Shown: in pieces, positions 50,775-63,619 of the stretch
Layout of the letters: each line of letters opens with the position of its first letter
How positions within the stretch are numbered: position 1 is the stretch's first letter
Assembly (NCBI RefSeq): GCF_001194135.2
Contig: NC_068983.1
Location: forward strand, 72,137,262-72,201,261
Direction of reading: 5' to 3'
Length of the DNA: 64,000 nucleotides
Origin: Octopus bimaculoides
Lineage: Eukaryota
Notes under the pieces: model-generated
What the model saw: the letters and a program-made list of their open reading frames with translations, nothing else
The model's database searches: none
What the model was told of the DNA's origin: nothing
Position numbers and translations under genes: made by a program

Positions 50775-51230
50775 TATTGAGTAAGAGAGTAGTGCATGCC
50801 ATCAAAGTGATACTGAGGTAAAATATATGAAGCCTAGTATACCCATCTGATAAGGGTACACCAGGTACATGCATCACAACCATGTGTGTGCGACATAGTG
50901 ATTTCATATTAAGATAAACAGGGCATGACCATGCAGGTGAGGCCCAGTTGGAATTTTCTTCAGGTCAAGTAGCCCATCCCACACAAAAGGTCCCTGAATA
51001 AGGATTGTTTAAGGATGTTGAACGAAACACCCATGTTTCCAAAGGTGAATTATCCAAACCCCAAAGAATTCCTTTCAATACATGGCTATGATGCTCCCCT
51101 ACTACTTCTGCTCGTGATCAGAGATGCACATATTGTCAGCTACTAAGGGACATGCTCAACTGGTTAAGGTCAAACAACTGACAAGAAAATCTTTAGTATT
51201 GAACAGAATATTTGCTGTAGCCCATCTTTT
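50775..51230. repeat. Unclassified GC-richer interspersed repeat
   Basis: Compositionally distinct block between microsatellite tails with no recognisable coding motif. Repeat status is inferred. Confidence 0.35.
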
Positions 51231-51282
51231 AGTATTATTATTATTATAATTATTATAATATATACACACACATATATATATG

Positions 51283-51845
51283 ATGGCTGTCCACTCGTGA
51301 TCGAGGAAGACCATTGCTGACCTTCAGGAACATTGTGCACACTAGGATTAACTCATATTTTGCATTTGCAGCTCCATTGGTGGCTAATGAGCCCTGCTCT
51401 TGATAAGCATACATGACTGCAAACATTGCAGATTAAGCTTTCCCAATTCACTATATGAGCCGTGTGCTTTCACACAGCTCGCTTAAATTCTTCACACTGG
51501 ATACGTGCTCTCTCAAAAGTGTCGATCCCCTCCTTAACCTGCTTCCTCCATCTGTGGCGATGACAGGCATTGTTCTCCCAGTCAGTGTCCTGCATATCAC
51601 AGGCCTTTAATGAGGGCTTCACACAGTCCTTAAATCACAGCCATAGAGCTTCTGCTTAGGAATCCTGCTATCCTTATTTCTAATAAGGCGTCCAGTCCAA
51701 CGTAACCGCTGCTTGTGCACCATTGCCTCAATACTCAAGATATCAGCTGTCCTCAGGACCTCTGTGTCTGGAATTTTTGAGGTCCAGCCAACATTGAGAA
51801 TGTGTCTGAGACATCTCTGATGAAAGCATTCAGGGACCCTTACCA
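51283..51845 (-). mobile_element. RTE-BovB-like LINE 3' end with terminal zinc-finger-like motif
   Basis: FHQRCLRHILNVGWTSKIPDTEVLRTADILSIEAMVHKQRLRWTGRLIRNKDSRIPKQKLYG...KDCVK..LKAC..D..WE..A..R.RWR..V..G..FE...CNVCSHVCLSRAGLISH. Confidence 0.82.
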
Positions 51846-52119
51846 GGTAAGGGTCCTTGAACATATGTATATATAAATATATACATACACACATATATGT
51901 ACATATACTCAATACACACACACACGTGTGTGTGTGTGTGTAACTTGTATGCTATATATGTGACAAATTACAATATAAGATTGAGGCTTAGTATTATAGC
52001 TATGCTAAACTCCTGCAGTGACATGATGCAATCAGTGGAGCATCAATACAAGTTAGGGCTATTACATAAGAAGAAGAATTATATATAGTTTAAAACAATA
52101 ACTGAAAAGCAAATAGCTG

Positions 52120-52329
52120 ATATTTCAATTACTTCATTGCCTTTGTTTCAGTAGTCAATAATCAATAACCAATAATTAGTACATCTCATATCCATTGTCA
52201 ACCACATCACCAGCTGATATGTTGGTATGGGTATTTCAACATACCAGCTGATGATGTGGTTGGGTTGACAATCAATATATGTACTAATTATCGACTACTG
52301 AAATGATAGCAATAAAATAACTGAAATAT
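52120..52329. repeat. ~210 bp imperfect palindrome (MITE-like hairpin)
   Basis: Arms atatttcaattacttcattgc...tttcagtagtc...ataattagtacat...attgtcaac.cacatcaccagctgatatgttg, loop gtatgggtattt, then the reverse complement. Confidence 0.8.
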
Positions 52330-52343
52330 GAATTACATGGCTG

Positions 52344-52563
52344 AAGTGGTGAGGCAAGACCTTCGTACATTGGGCCTCACCGAGGCGATGACTACTGACC
52401 GAGACCTTTGGAAATGTGCTGTGCGTGAGAAGACCCGGCAAGCCAAGTAAGATCGTTGCCAGTGCCCCTGGACTGGTTCTTGTGCGGGTGGCACATGAGA
52501 TGCACCATTTTGAGCGTGGCCGTTGCCAGTACCGCCTGACTGGCTCCTGTAGGATTTTCGAGC
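52344..52563 (+). mobile_element. RTE LINE ORF end plus start of tandem-unit 3' UTR, running into a gap
   Basis: WAEVVRQDLRTLGLTEAMTTDRDLWKCAVREKTRQAK*, then the gtggcac...gcaccatt..gagcgtggccgttgccagtac unit. Confidence 0.82.
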
Positions 52564-53243
52564 NNNNNNNNNNNNNNNNNNNNNNNNNNNNNNNNNNNNN
52601 NNNNNNNNNNNNNNNNNNNNNNNNNNNNNNNNNNNNNNNNNNNNNNNNNNNNNNNNNNNNNNNNNNNNNNNNNNNNNNNNNNNNNNNNNNNNNNNNNNNN
52701 NNNNNNNNNNNNNNNNNNNNNNNNNNNNNNNNNNNNNNNNNNNNNNNNNNNNNNNNNNNNNNNNNNNNNNNNNNNNNNNNNNNNNNNNNNNNNNNNNNNN
52801 NNNNNNNNNNNNNNNNNNNNNNNNNNNNNNNNNNNNNNNNNNNNNNNNNNNNNNNNNNNNNNNNNNNNNNNNNNNNNNNNNNNNNNNNNNNNNNNNNNNN
52901 NNNNNNNNNNNNNNNNNNNNNNNNNNNNNNNNNNNNNNNNNNNNNNNNNNNNNNNNNNNNNNNNNNNNNNNNNNNNNNNNNNNNNNNNNNNNNNNNNNNN
53001 NNNNNNNNNNNNNNNNNNNNNNNNNNNNNNNNNNNNNNNNNNNNNNNNNNNNNNNNNNNNNNNNNNNNNNNNNNNNNNNNNNNNNNNNNNNNNNNNNNNN
53101 NNNNNNNNNNNNNNNNNNNNNNNNNNNNNNNNNNNNNNNNNNNNNNNNNNNNNNNNNNNNNNNNNNNNNNNNNNNNNNNNNNNNNNNNNNNNNNNNNNNN
53201 NNNNNNNNNNNNNNNNNNNNNNNNNNNNNNNNNNNNNNNNNNN

Positions 53244-53866
53244 TAAGGGGGATTAAAAAGGATTTGTAACCAGCTTTCATTGCATGGCAAATTTTCAAGA
53301 AGAGGGAGAATGAAAATGTTTTTTACAAAAAAATAAAAAATAATATATAAAACAATAAATATACCAATACATTGTACTGTCTTTGAGCTTTTAAAGTTCA
53401 ATGGTAATCCATGTAGATAATTGTTAGAAAGATTAGGATGCATGGGATTAAAAGTTGTGTTTACAAAAAAGCGGCTAAAAGTTTATGCGTTAAGTAGGAA
53501 GTGTGGTGTCAAAACAGGAAGTTGACATAAACTTCCTGTTAACAAAGAGTCCAGAACTCCAACTAAAGAGTATAAAACCCACAGAATTGTCTTCCCTTAC
53601 ACACACTTCCTGTTTTGACACAAACTTTTAGCCCCTTTTTTTTAAAACAAAACACAACTCTCAATTCCATGCATCCTAATCTTTCTAACAATTATCTACA
53701 TGGATTACCATTGAACTTTAAAAGCTCAAAGACAGTATAATGTATTGGTATATTTATTTTTTTATATATTATTTTATTTTTTTGCAAAACACATTTTCAT
53801 TCTCCCTCTTCTTGAAAATTTGCCATGCAATGAAAGCCGGATAGAAATCATTTTTAATCCTCCTTA
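53244..53866. mobile_element. Foldback/MITE-like element with ~270-280 bp terminal inverted repeats and TA ends (Tc1/mariner-type)
   Basis: Starts taagggggattaaaaa and ends tttttaatcctcctta. Arms are near-perfect reverse complements (e.g. gctttcattgcatggcaaattttcaagaagagggagaatgaaaatg / cattttcattctccctcttcttgaaaatttgccatgcaatgaaagc). Confidence 0.9.
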
Positions 53867-53978
53867 TACACATCTATATTAAAATATGCTTTCAGTTTAG
53901 CATTCTGCCTTTTTATTATTTTTTATTTTCCTATTATTTCTCCACATGCGGTTAATACAACCCCACCATTTACTGACT

Positions 53979-54031
<53 letters not shown>

Positions 54032-54679
54032 ATATATATATATACACACACACATGCACATGTGTGTGTGCATATCTATATGTATGTTTGTTATTGTTTG
54101 CTTTCCATGCCAAAAGAAATACTCAATACACATTTGTATAGCTAGCCTTTTTGGCCAACAATACTTAAAAGTAGATTGAAAGAAATAACAGACAACTTCT
54201 GAATTTAAATACACACATAAACATTCAAATACTGCAATGCATATAATATCAATAGTGCTCATTGACCCATGTTGGATAATCAAAGGTTTTCTGTCTGCTT
54301 GTTTTTTTTTTTTTACTGTGTGTGCTTTTGTGTTTTATTAAATTTATTTTTATAGACAATGATTTGAAAGTCATCACATATATTAACATTTTTCTTGAAC
54401 AGAATAACTATTGATAAATTATGAACATGAAATAATTTCACAGTATAACCTGGTTGATGTTGCAATTTATTTAGAATATTTTCAACTGCATATATAAAAC
54501 TATAGTTCCACATCTAGAATTAGTGCAGCCTTCACAATCAAAGCCTTTCATTTGAATTTTTTAAAGTTTAAGGAAAGTGATTAAGTATTTTCACTTGGTA
54601 CAAGAACCTGCAATGCAACCACCCCAACTTCTCATAGTTCAATGCCCTCATCCCCTAGCATGAAGCTGACACCCCCACC

Positions 54680-54990
54680 CACCAGTTGACATTGCGCTGC
54701 ACAGTGACATTAGTAATGCAGGTAGCATGTAAAAAAGCAACCGGTCAATGCTATAAAGTGGCTGGTATTAGAAATGGCATCTAACAATAGAAACCATACC
54801 GAAACAGACTCTGGAGCATGATACAATCTTTGGACACATAGGATCCTTTCAAAATGTTCAACCTATGCCAGCATAAAAACTAAGCCAAATCAGACTGGAA
54901 CCTGGTGCAGCTCTCCAGTTTGCCAGCTCTGGTCAAACCGTCCAACCCATGTCAGCATGGAGAATAGACGTTAAAGGATGATGATGAAAT
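54680..54990 (+). mobile_element. RTE-type 3' tail fragments
   Basis: gcatgtaaaaaagca.cc...gtggctggtattagaaatggcatc...aacccatgtcagcatggagaatagacgttaaaggatgatgatg. Confidence 0.7.
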
Positions 54991-55199
54991 ATTTAATAAT
55001 ATAGTGCAATGGTCATGGTTGGAGTGATTTTTCATCATAAGTCTGCTCAATCAGGACTGGCTAAGAAGTAGTTAATAATAACAACTTATAGAAGACCTGC
55101 CAGGAATGTAGTGATATTGTTTAGGAGGCCCATCTAATATTTATGTTTTAGGTATAAAGTTAGTGAGGAGAATGATATCCAGTTCATTATACACAATAA

Positions 55200-55790
55200 G
55201 AATCATCATCATCATCATTTAACGTCTGCTTTCCATGCTAGCATGGATTTAACTGAGGACTGGTGAACCAGATGGCTACACCAGGCTCCAATCTGATCTG
55301 GCAGAGTTTCTACAGCTGGATGACCTTCCTAACGCCAACCACTCCGAGAGTGTAGTGGGTGCTTTTACATGCCACCGGCACAAAGGCCAGTCAGGCAGTA
55401 CTGGCAACGGCCATGCTCAAAATGCTGTATTTTACATGCCACCTGCACAGGAGCCAGTCCAGCCAGCGGCACTGGTAACGATCTCACTCGAATGTCTTTT
55501 CATGTGCCACCGGCACAAGTGCCAGGAAAGCGACACTGGTAAATGGTGCTATTTACATGCCACCGGTACAGAAGCCAGACAGCTATTCTGGCAACGATCA
55601 CACTTGAATGGTGCTCTTAGCGCTCCACTGGTACAGGTGCCATCACGATTTCGCTTTCACTTGCTCCAACAGGTCTTCGCAAGCCGAGTGTAGTGTCCAA
55701 TGAAGGAGACATTGGCATGGGGGCCAGTCGTCGAATTTAGTTCGATTTCGATTTCACTTGCCTCAACAGGCCTTCGCAAGCGGAGCTAGT
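55200..55790 (-). mobile_element. RTE 3' UTR with 4-5 diverged ~50-70 bp tandem units
   Basis: Repeated ttt(t)acatgccaccggcaca..gccag..cag..ctggcaacg units and a (CAT)n tail. Same family as 48545-48850 and 52450-52563. Confidence 0.85.
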
Positions 55791-56445
55791 TATTTAGCTT
55801 TTTAGGAAACTGATTTGTTTTTAGTAATAGAAATTTAAAAAAAAAAAATTTTTAATTAAAAAGTCATCTGAAAGCAAGTAATCTTAGCTATGTACAATTT
55901 ATAGATTTAACTACAACAGCCTTGCCTGAATTCTATGTGTATATGTATCATGCACATGTGTGTAGATTCACAGGTTCCTTATATGTAAAATGTATAAGAT
56001 AGTTTATCAAGTTTAGATTAAACCACCTCAAGCAACATTCCATTTATTCTCAGATACTTATTTTCATTTTTATTTTCAACTGGAAATGCTTAATTTTCTC
56101 AATTTCATCTATTATTTATTTGTAATATTGATTTTGAATATTATTACTGTTGTTAAGTCTGTAGCTGAAATTCATCAGGGGGCTGACTTTTTTCATACCA
56201 TATCCAATGAATAAATTTAATACAGTTTTAGTAAATTCTTTTTTGTGTGTATATGTGTATTATTCGTTGTTTTATTTTTTTTGACGTGTTTCAATGCTTG
56301 AGATTTTCTAATTATGTCTACTTACACCTCAGAATCATCTAGGATGTACAAGAAAGACTAGTCTGCAGGAACAAAGGTGTGTGTGTGTGTGTGTGCGTAT
56401 GCGCATGCATACATGCATGGTGTACACACACACACATATACATAT

Positions 56446-56515
<70 letters not shown>

Positions 56516-59080
56516 ATGTGAAATGCAAAAATTGTCTTTGGTATCAAATCACCTCAGTATACACCATTATCTTATCACGAGGTAGATGCACTATGGTCTG
56601 ATAATCCAGTAAATTTGTATAAATTCAATCAATGAAACATTTTGGGCCCCTTTTCGCATTTTACTTTGTTTCAAAAAATAATCTTGTAAAACAGAAGGAA
56701 AATAATTTAAAAGTCTGTTAGAAATATTGGTTTTGTAAAAATTGATTTTTTATTATGAAAAAGATTTTTCTTTTTCTTTTGGTTAGATGAATTTGGATAT
56801 AATGTTTGAGTCTTTCAAATGGTTAAACTAACATTTAGTAACTGGATTTTAAAATTTATTTTTTTTATTTTGCTAATATTTAGTAAGTGAATAGTTTTGT
56901 GTATAAGGACATTTATTTTTGAAAACTGAAACCAGAAAATGGATTTAGAAAACAATAGATCAATTCTGTATCATTATTGGCTAGTAAAAATATACCAAAC
57001 GAATGTAGTTGCTTGGTATTTCACTCATACATAATTCATTCTTGGATAAGGAAAAAAAACCTTAAATGATGGGTGAAATGTGAGTCTGTGATATTTGTGC
57101 CTTTATCAATAGCATTAATGATGCAATTGAAAACGTTGAAGACATGTTTCATACAGATTTTTACCATTAAACTACAATCTCCTTACAGTCACTCATACAT
57201 TTGAACAGATTTAAAATGATAAATAAATAGGCACAGGCATGGCTATGTGGTTAAGAGGTTTGCCTTGCAACCAAGTGGTTTCAGGTTCAGTTTCACTGCA
57301 CTGTATGTGACTGTAAAACAACGTCTCAATGATATGTATCCATCTAATCCATGTTAGCCTGGATAAACAGATGTAAACTGAACAAACAAAATTCAAAATA
57401 AACTTATAATTAACATTATGAAGAGAAAAATATTACAGACTTATATCTCTGCCTAAAATGGGAAATCTTAAAAGAAAAGACTTTTTAAGTTTAAATATAT
57501 TTAGATGACATCAGAAATGGCAGTTAATAAATACGAAATATTTACATATATGCAGATTTAAAGATAATTATTTGATCCAGAGAAATCCTGAAGGAGTTAA
57601 TAGTAAGAACAAGTGTTTGTTGAATCTACAGCATAGATTTAGGACTACCATTTTAAAACTGAAAACAATGACAAAGAACTGATTTAAAATTGGTATTAGA
57701 GAAAGAAGGAACAAAATTGACCTTTAACAGTCATGCAATATACACAGTAAATGTAGGTAGAAAGGTTTGTAATAAGTCAATAGGCTCACTAAACCAGAGT
57801 TTATCCCTGTTTTTATGGTATATAAGTAACAAAGAGTACATTAATCCCCTTGGGCTGGGATGCCAGTCAGTCACAGGGCTATATTTCCTGCCAACTATTG
57901 CTAGCATTCATCTCAGTTGAGTAGACTGGGGCAAAATGAAATGAAATGTTTTGCTAAAGAACACAGTACACTGCTCAATCAAGAAATGAAACCCTGACCT
58001 TGTGATCACCCAAACTACTAGGCATTGCACCTTTGCATTCAATATGATATTAAGAATTAAATTTCAGATCAACTATTCTCAAGTACATTTGTGAACACCT
58101 TTCTTCATCTTAAAAAGATTAAACCATGACTTAAAGAAATGTCTAAATGCTATTAAGATTATAATTTTCCAGGATATTAACTTTATCTTTAGATATGAAA
58201 TATTTACACTACATTTCAACTACTTTTATGCTTGATTGATTCATACATATGCATCATTGGCTCAGTGGATACAAATGCTATTATACTTAGTTAAGAAATA
58301 AAGGATTCTGGTTTGAATCCAGACCAGTACTATGTACAGATCCATGAAACATTAGTGGAAAAACTGAAAATTTGTTTTATGCATGCCATAAATTAATGAC
58401 ACCTGCCAATAATCAGAGATTAAAGTGATGGAAACTGTGAGGTTGTAAATATTCTGAAATATGTTCATTTCTAAAGATGAGGTTAATAGTCTGAAAAATT
58501 ATAATCATATTGTTAAAGGAAAGATTAGTGTATTATTATATGCTGAAAACACAAAGATTACATCAAACTATAGCATGCATAAAACAAATTTTCAGCTCTG
58601 AGTTTCCGTCATTGCTATTTAATGTTCTAACATGCAAAAACAGAAGACATCAACTTTTATATCTTTTATATACAATGGTGTCTACACATTTATGCTACTA
58701 TAGAATATATTCTATGGCAAGAAGATAACCAGAACATTTTAAATGTATCAAAATAAAACAGAAATTTAATCAAAAGAACAATACTTAAGAATCAAGTATT
58801 CAAGATGAATATTAAGATGCACGATTTAGATAATATAGAGGCAATATCAAGATTCATAAATAAAAGAAATGTAAAACTTTCTGAATGCTAGAGCTTATGA
58901 AGAAAAAAACCAATAAGCAGCAAGCTATAAAAACAGTATTCCGGGAAACAAGAAAACAAGTGTTTAGGGGATGATCAAAAAACAAGAAATAGAAGACAAA
59001 AGGTAAAAACAGAATAAATCCTATTATATACATATATATGTATATATATACACACACACACACACAGACACACATGTATA

Positions 59081-59960
59081 CAGAGTACAATGTGTAAAGT
59101 GTCATCATTTTATATCTTTAATTTCATGCATGTGCATTTTTTGCTTTTGATTTTGCCAACTACACAGTATAGTAGGGTTAGTTGGGCACCATCTATGAAA
59201 AAAACAGCACCATGACACAATTCACTCTGCCAGAAATTTGGAAACGACATGCTGTACTGCTTGACATTCACAACAGAAACTCCAATATGAACAGATGGTG
59301 AACACACAGAACAACCGTTGGCTTGTCATGTCCCCAAAACATGCACCGAGAGTGATAAAAATGAAACATCCAGTCAACATCATGGTGTTTGAAGTGATCA
59401 CTAGTGATGGTGACATTATGCCTCCATTCATCTTTCCACACAGTCTCAAACTCAACACAGAGGCCTACAACAAGTGTCTTGAGGAGATAATGCTGCCTTG
59501 GGTCAAGAGGGTGGCTGCTGGAAGATGCTATGTCTGGCAACAGGACTCTGCACCATGCCACACAAGCAGGAGAACCCAGTCGTGGCTGTCAGACAATTTA
59601 TGCAACCACATCACCCCTAACATTTGGCCACCTAACTCCCCAGACTGCAATCCCCTTGATTATAATGTGTGGGACACAGTTGAGTGAGAGACCAACAAAA
59701 CTCCTTGTAATACCAAAAATGAACTGAAGGCAAGGATTATGGCAGCGTTCACCAACTTAAACAAAAAGACCATCCAGAAGAGTTGCAGGAGATTGCGAAG
59801 TCATCTGGAGACCATGGTTAAAACCAATAGCAATCTTACTATTTCTTTCATATTTCAAGATACCCTTTTGTAACTTTGGTAAATATATCTGCTAAAAGGA
59901 GATGTCAGTGTTATTTTCATTTTTGCATAATCTAAACGACAATATATTCACTGCATTCTG
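59081..59960 (+). mobile_element. maT (DD37D) Tc1/mariner transposon, internally deleted
   Basis: ORF 59295-59687 ...WQQDSAPCH...WPPNSPDCNPLDY has 37 residues between the second and third catalytic Asp. Imperfect TIRs cagagtacaatg / cactgcattctg, with TA on the left. Confidence 0.88.
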
Positions 59961-60456
59961 TCTATATGTATGCATTTGAGTTTTTATATATATGTATATN
60001 NNNNNNNNNNNNNNNNNNNNNNNNNNNNNNNNNNNNNNNNNNNNNNNNNNNNNNNNNNNNNNNNNNNNNNNNNNNNNNNNNNNNNNNNNNNNNNNNNNNN
60101 NNNNNNNNNNNNNNNNNNNNNNNNNNNNNNNNNNNNNNNNNNNNNNNNNNNNNNNNNNNNNNNNNNNNNNNNNNNNNNNNNNNNNNNNNNNNNNNNNNNN
60201 NNNNNNNNNNNNNNNNNNNNNNNNNNNNNNNNNNNNNNNNNNNNNNNNNNNNNNNNNNNNNNNNNNNNNNNNNNNNNNNNNNNNNNNNNNNNNNNNNNNN
60301 NNNNNNNNNNNNNNNNNNNNNNNNNNNNNNNNNNNNNNNNNNNNNNNNNNNNNNNNNNNNNNNNNNNNNNNNNNNNNNNNNNNNNNNNNNNNNNNNNNNN
60401 NNNNNNNNNNNNNNNNNNNNNNNNNNNNNNNNNNNNNNNNNNNNNNNNNNNNNNNN

Positions 60457-60500
<44 letters not shown>

Positions 60501-60719
60501 GTATGTATGTATTGAGTTTATGTATATATACACCCATGTATTTGAGTATATATATATTAATATATGTATATGTATTTGAGTGTGTGTGCGTGTGTGTATA
60601 TATAGTATCTATATATAGGCATTTGCATGGCTATGTGGTTAAGGAGTTTGTTTCACTAACACCATGGTTTCAAGTTTGACAGATGACAATTATGCAGAAG
60701 CCAGTCACTTAATTTCTTC

Positions 60720-60950
60720 TTCTTCTTCATCACCGTCATCATCATTGTCATAACCGCCACCTATGTCTACTTTTCCATGCTTGCATGAAATGGACTGAAT
60801 TTGTTAAGGCAGATTTACTATGCCTGGATGCTTTTCTGTTTCTCAAACTCACCTGCTGTTGGTAAGCAAAGTAACATTTTCTCATGACCGGACGTTTTTT
60901 CGCAGTAGACTGGAAATGAACAACATTGGCGTGTACAATGGTGACACTTG
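60720..60950 (-). mobile_element. RTE-type 3' tail fragment
   Basis: ttttccatgcttgcatg..atggac...ggcagattt.cta..gcctggatgctttt..gtt.c.caaactcacctg. Confidence 0.6.
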
Positions 60951-63619
60951 TTCAAAAACATTATATAATGTCAAGCTATGGAGACACACACGCACACGTA
61001 TGTATATATATGTGTGTGTATGTATATACATATGTGTGTGTGTGTATATGTATGTATGTACAGGTCCTTGGAAATTTTGGATTGGTGACTGAAATACTGG
61101 AAAACCATGTTAGAGCATGTCACTAGGAGAAGATCACTAATATAAAACAGTGCTTGACATCATGACATTCTCACATTCCTGAGCCTGCAACCCATACTGG
61201 CCCTGGCTTGTCTCTGGATCGTGTCGATAGGATAGAGAGGGTCAGTGAGGTCGTTGTGCAAGCTTTATTGGACCTAAAATTTTAGGTTGCTTGATCACCA
61301 GCAAAGAGACTTTCCACTACCTGGTCAAGAAGAAAGGTACCACAACTTCCATGCTCACTGTGGGCACAAGCCCAAGTGAAGCTAACCATGGGTGCAATAA
61401 CTTTAGGCACAGATATTGCAAACATCTGGTCAGTGATTGTCTTCTTCAGTCATGAGTGTACAGCCATCCATTATCATCATCATGTATGTATGTATGTATG
61501 TATGTATGTATAGGGCTTAAGTTAGGGTAAGATTCGTCCCAGTATTTTTTAACCGCTTCATATATCCAATAGACGGGTCTTCATAGGTTTTTTCATAGCA
61601 TCGAAGTAGATCTTGGTTTAGATGTAGAGTCCAAGTAAAGTGAAAGGAGTACTTACATCTTCTTACATAACTTACTGATGCTGTAGTGTATTTTCGTCAG
61701 TGTTGGTGTTGTTAGTTTCAGCATTAATTGTGTTAGTGAAATTCTATGTGGTATGAGGTATATCATTAAAATCCAGTCTGAATAATGCTACATTGGTAGG
61801 TAAAAGATGCCTCTTTTATTTATAATGGGAGAAATAAATCAGTTATTGATTTACGCTGGAGGAGTTGGCATAAATGTAGAAAGGAACATTCAAAAACTGT
61901 ATTTTAAACGGCCTTCTACACCTGCACATCTGATGTTGATGGAGCCATCTTGATGTATGTATGTATGTATGTATGTATGTATGTATGTATACAACAGGCT
62001 TCTTTCAATTTCCACCTATTAAATCCACTCACAAGGCTTTGATACAGAGGCAGAAATATGATTGTATTATGTCCAGCATTTTTTAAAAAGGGTATTGCCA
62101 TATGAAAGTGAAGTTGCTACCACTGAGGATTGAGAAACAAATATACAAAGGACCTTATGCCTAGTTTTTAATGCTTACTCTTAGCTATTTTAATACCAAC
62201 CCACTTGGAACAACCCTTGGTCCTGTCTCTGTTAACAACTCTCATGAAAATACCCACATAAATTATTCATATTTACATTAAAAATCTAGATTGAAGTTTC
62301 ATTATTACATAAATGGTAATGTGGTAGTTTTGGCAGTTATTGATCAAGAATGAATTATGAACCATAGTGATTATATCAGAAATGATAATGTCAGAGTTAT
62401 GGAATTGTGTCTTTAACAGGACACAATACTTATACCAACCATGATGGTAAATGTGTAATGTTTGTAGAGGTTTCATTAAACAATCTCTAATAGGAAAATT
62501 CATGCTCATTTTGAAAATTTGCTGAAAAATACAAGCTGCCTATTTTTGTAAGAAATATGGGTTCAAAAAGATTAATATCACCAAAAAATTATTTTATTAT
62601 TATTCATATTCAAACTGGTCCTAATCAAGCTCATCTATTATCAAAGGTGTTCCAAACATGACCATCATTCCTTTTTATCACATACAATGTATAACTGTAT
62701 TTGACATGGCTAACTTAAGCAATGTGTCTACCCAATTTTCAAAGCAGTGGTGTGTGACATGAGGGAAATTTTGCAGTTATTTCTAGTGAATAAGATAAAA
62801 GAACTTCCACATAGTCAAACAACCATGGGAAGGTTCCTTTATGAACTTGTAGTTAGTAAAAAAGCCTCTACATGGTCCACTGTATCATTTTCGTTAAGAC
62901 AGTAGGGTGTATTTGAGGAAATATGGCTATTTCTAGCAGACTGAGATAACACTTCAGCTTATACATTATTGTTATTGGTATTATCAAAGTTATTTATTTT
63001 TGTAATACTTCGGTCTCAATTGTATGTATCTCTTATTGATATGACTGCTTCCCCATTTTTCTTGTAAGTTAACATTGCAGTTCCAACAGACTATATTCAT
63101 ACCATTTCCACCTAGCTTACATAGATCTGTCACATTTAATGCAAATATTTCACTATCATGCAGCATTACACATGATTTCTATTGCTAGAGCTCAAGGCTC
63201 TGTACTTTAATGTATGAAGAATTATTCGAGTGAGTTGATCCAAATAACATTACAAAGAGAATAAATTTTATGCAATGAGGCAAAAAAGAAGCCTAACATT
63301 TAGGCAGAGCCCTTAATTACCACTCTTTGACAAGGAAATCTCCCTTGTAGTATAAAATTTATTCCACTATTTGAAGTCTTTTTATATTATTATTTTCCAA
63401 TGCAGAACATTACTAGTTTCTTTGAATCCTACTGTTTTACCTAATAATATTACATTGGTATGTATTTTATCAATTCCTTACAGTAACAACAAGCAAAGTC
63501 ACTTTCAGCTAGATAACAATGAAATACTAAACTCTGAATATCATAAAGCTTCCATTCTGGTAATCTACCAATTGTATTAACTCTTCACATTTCAGAGCCT
63601 ATATATATACATATATATA

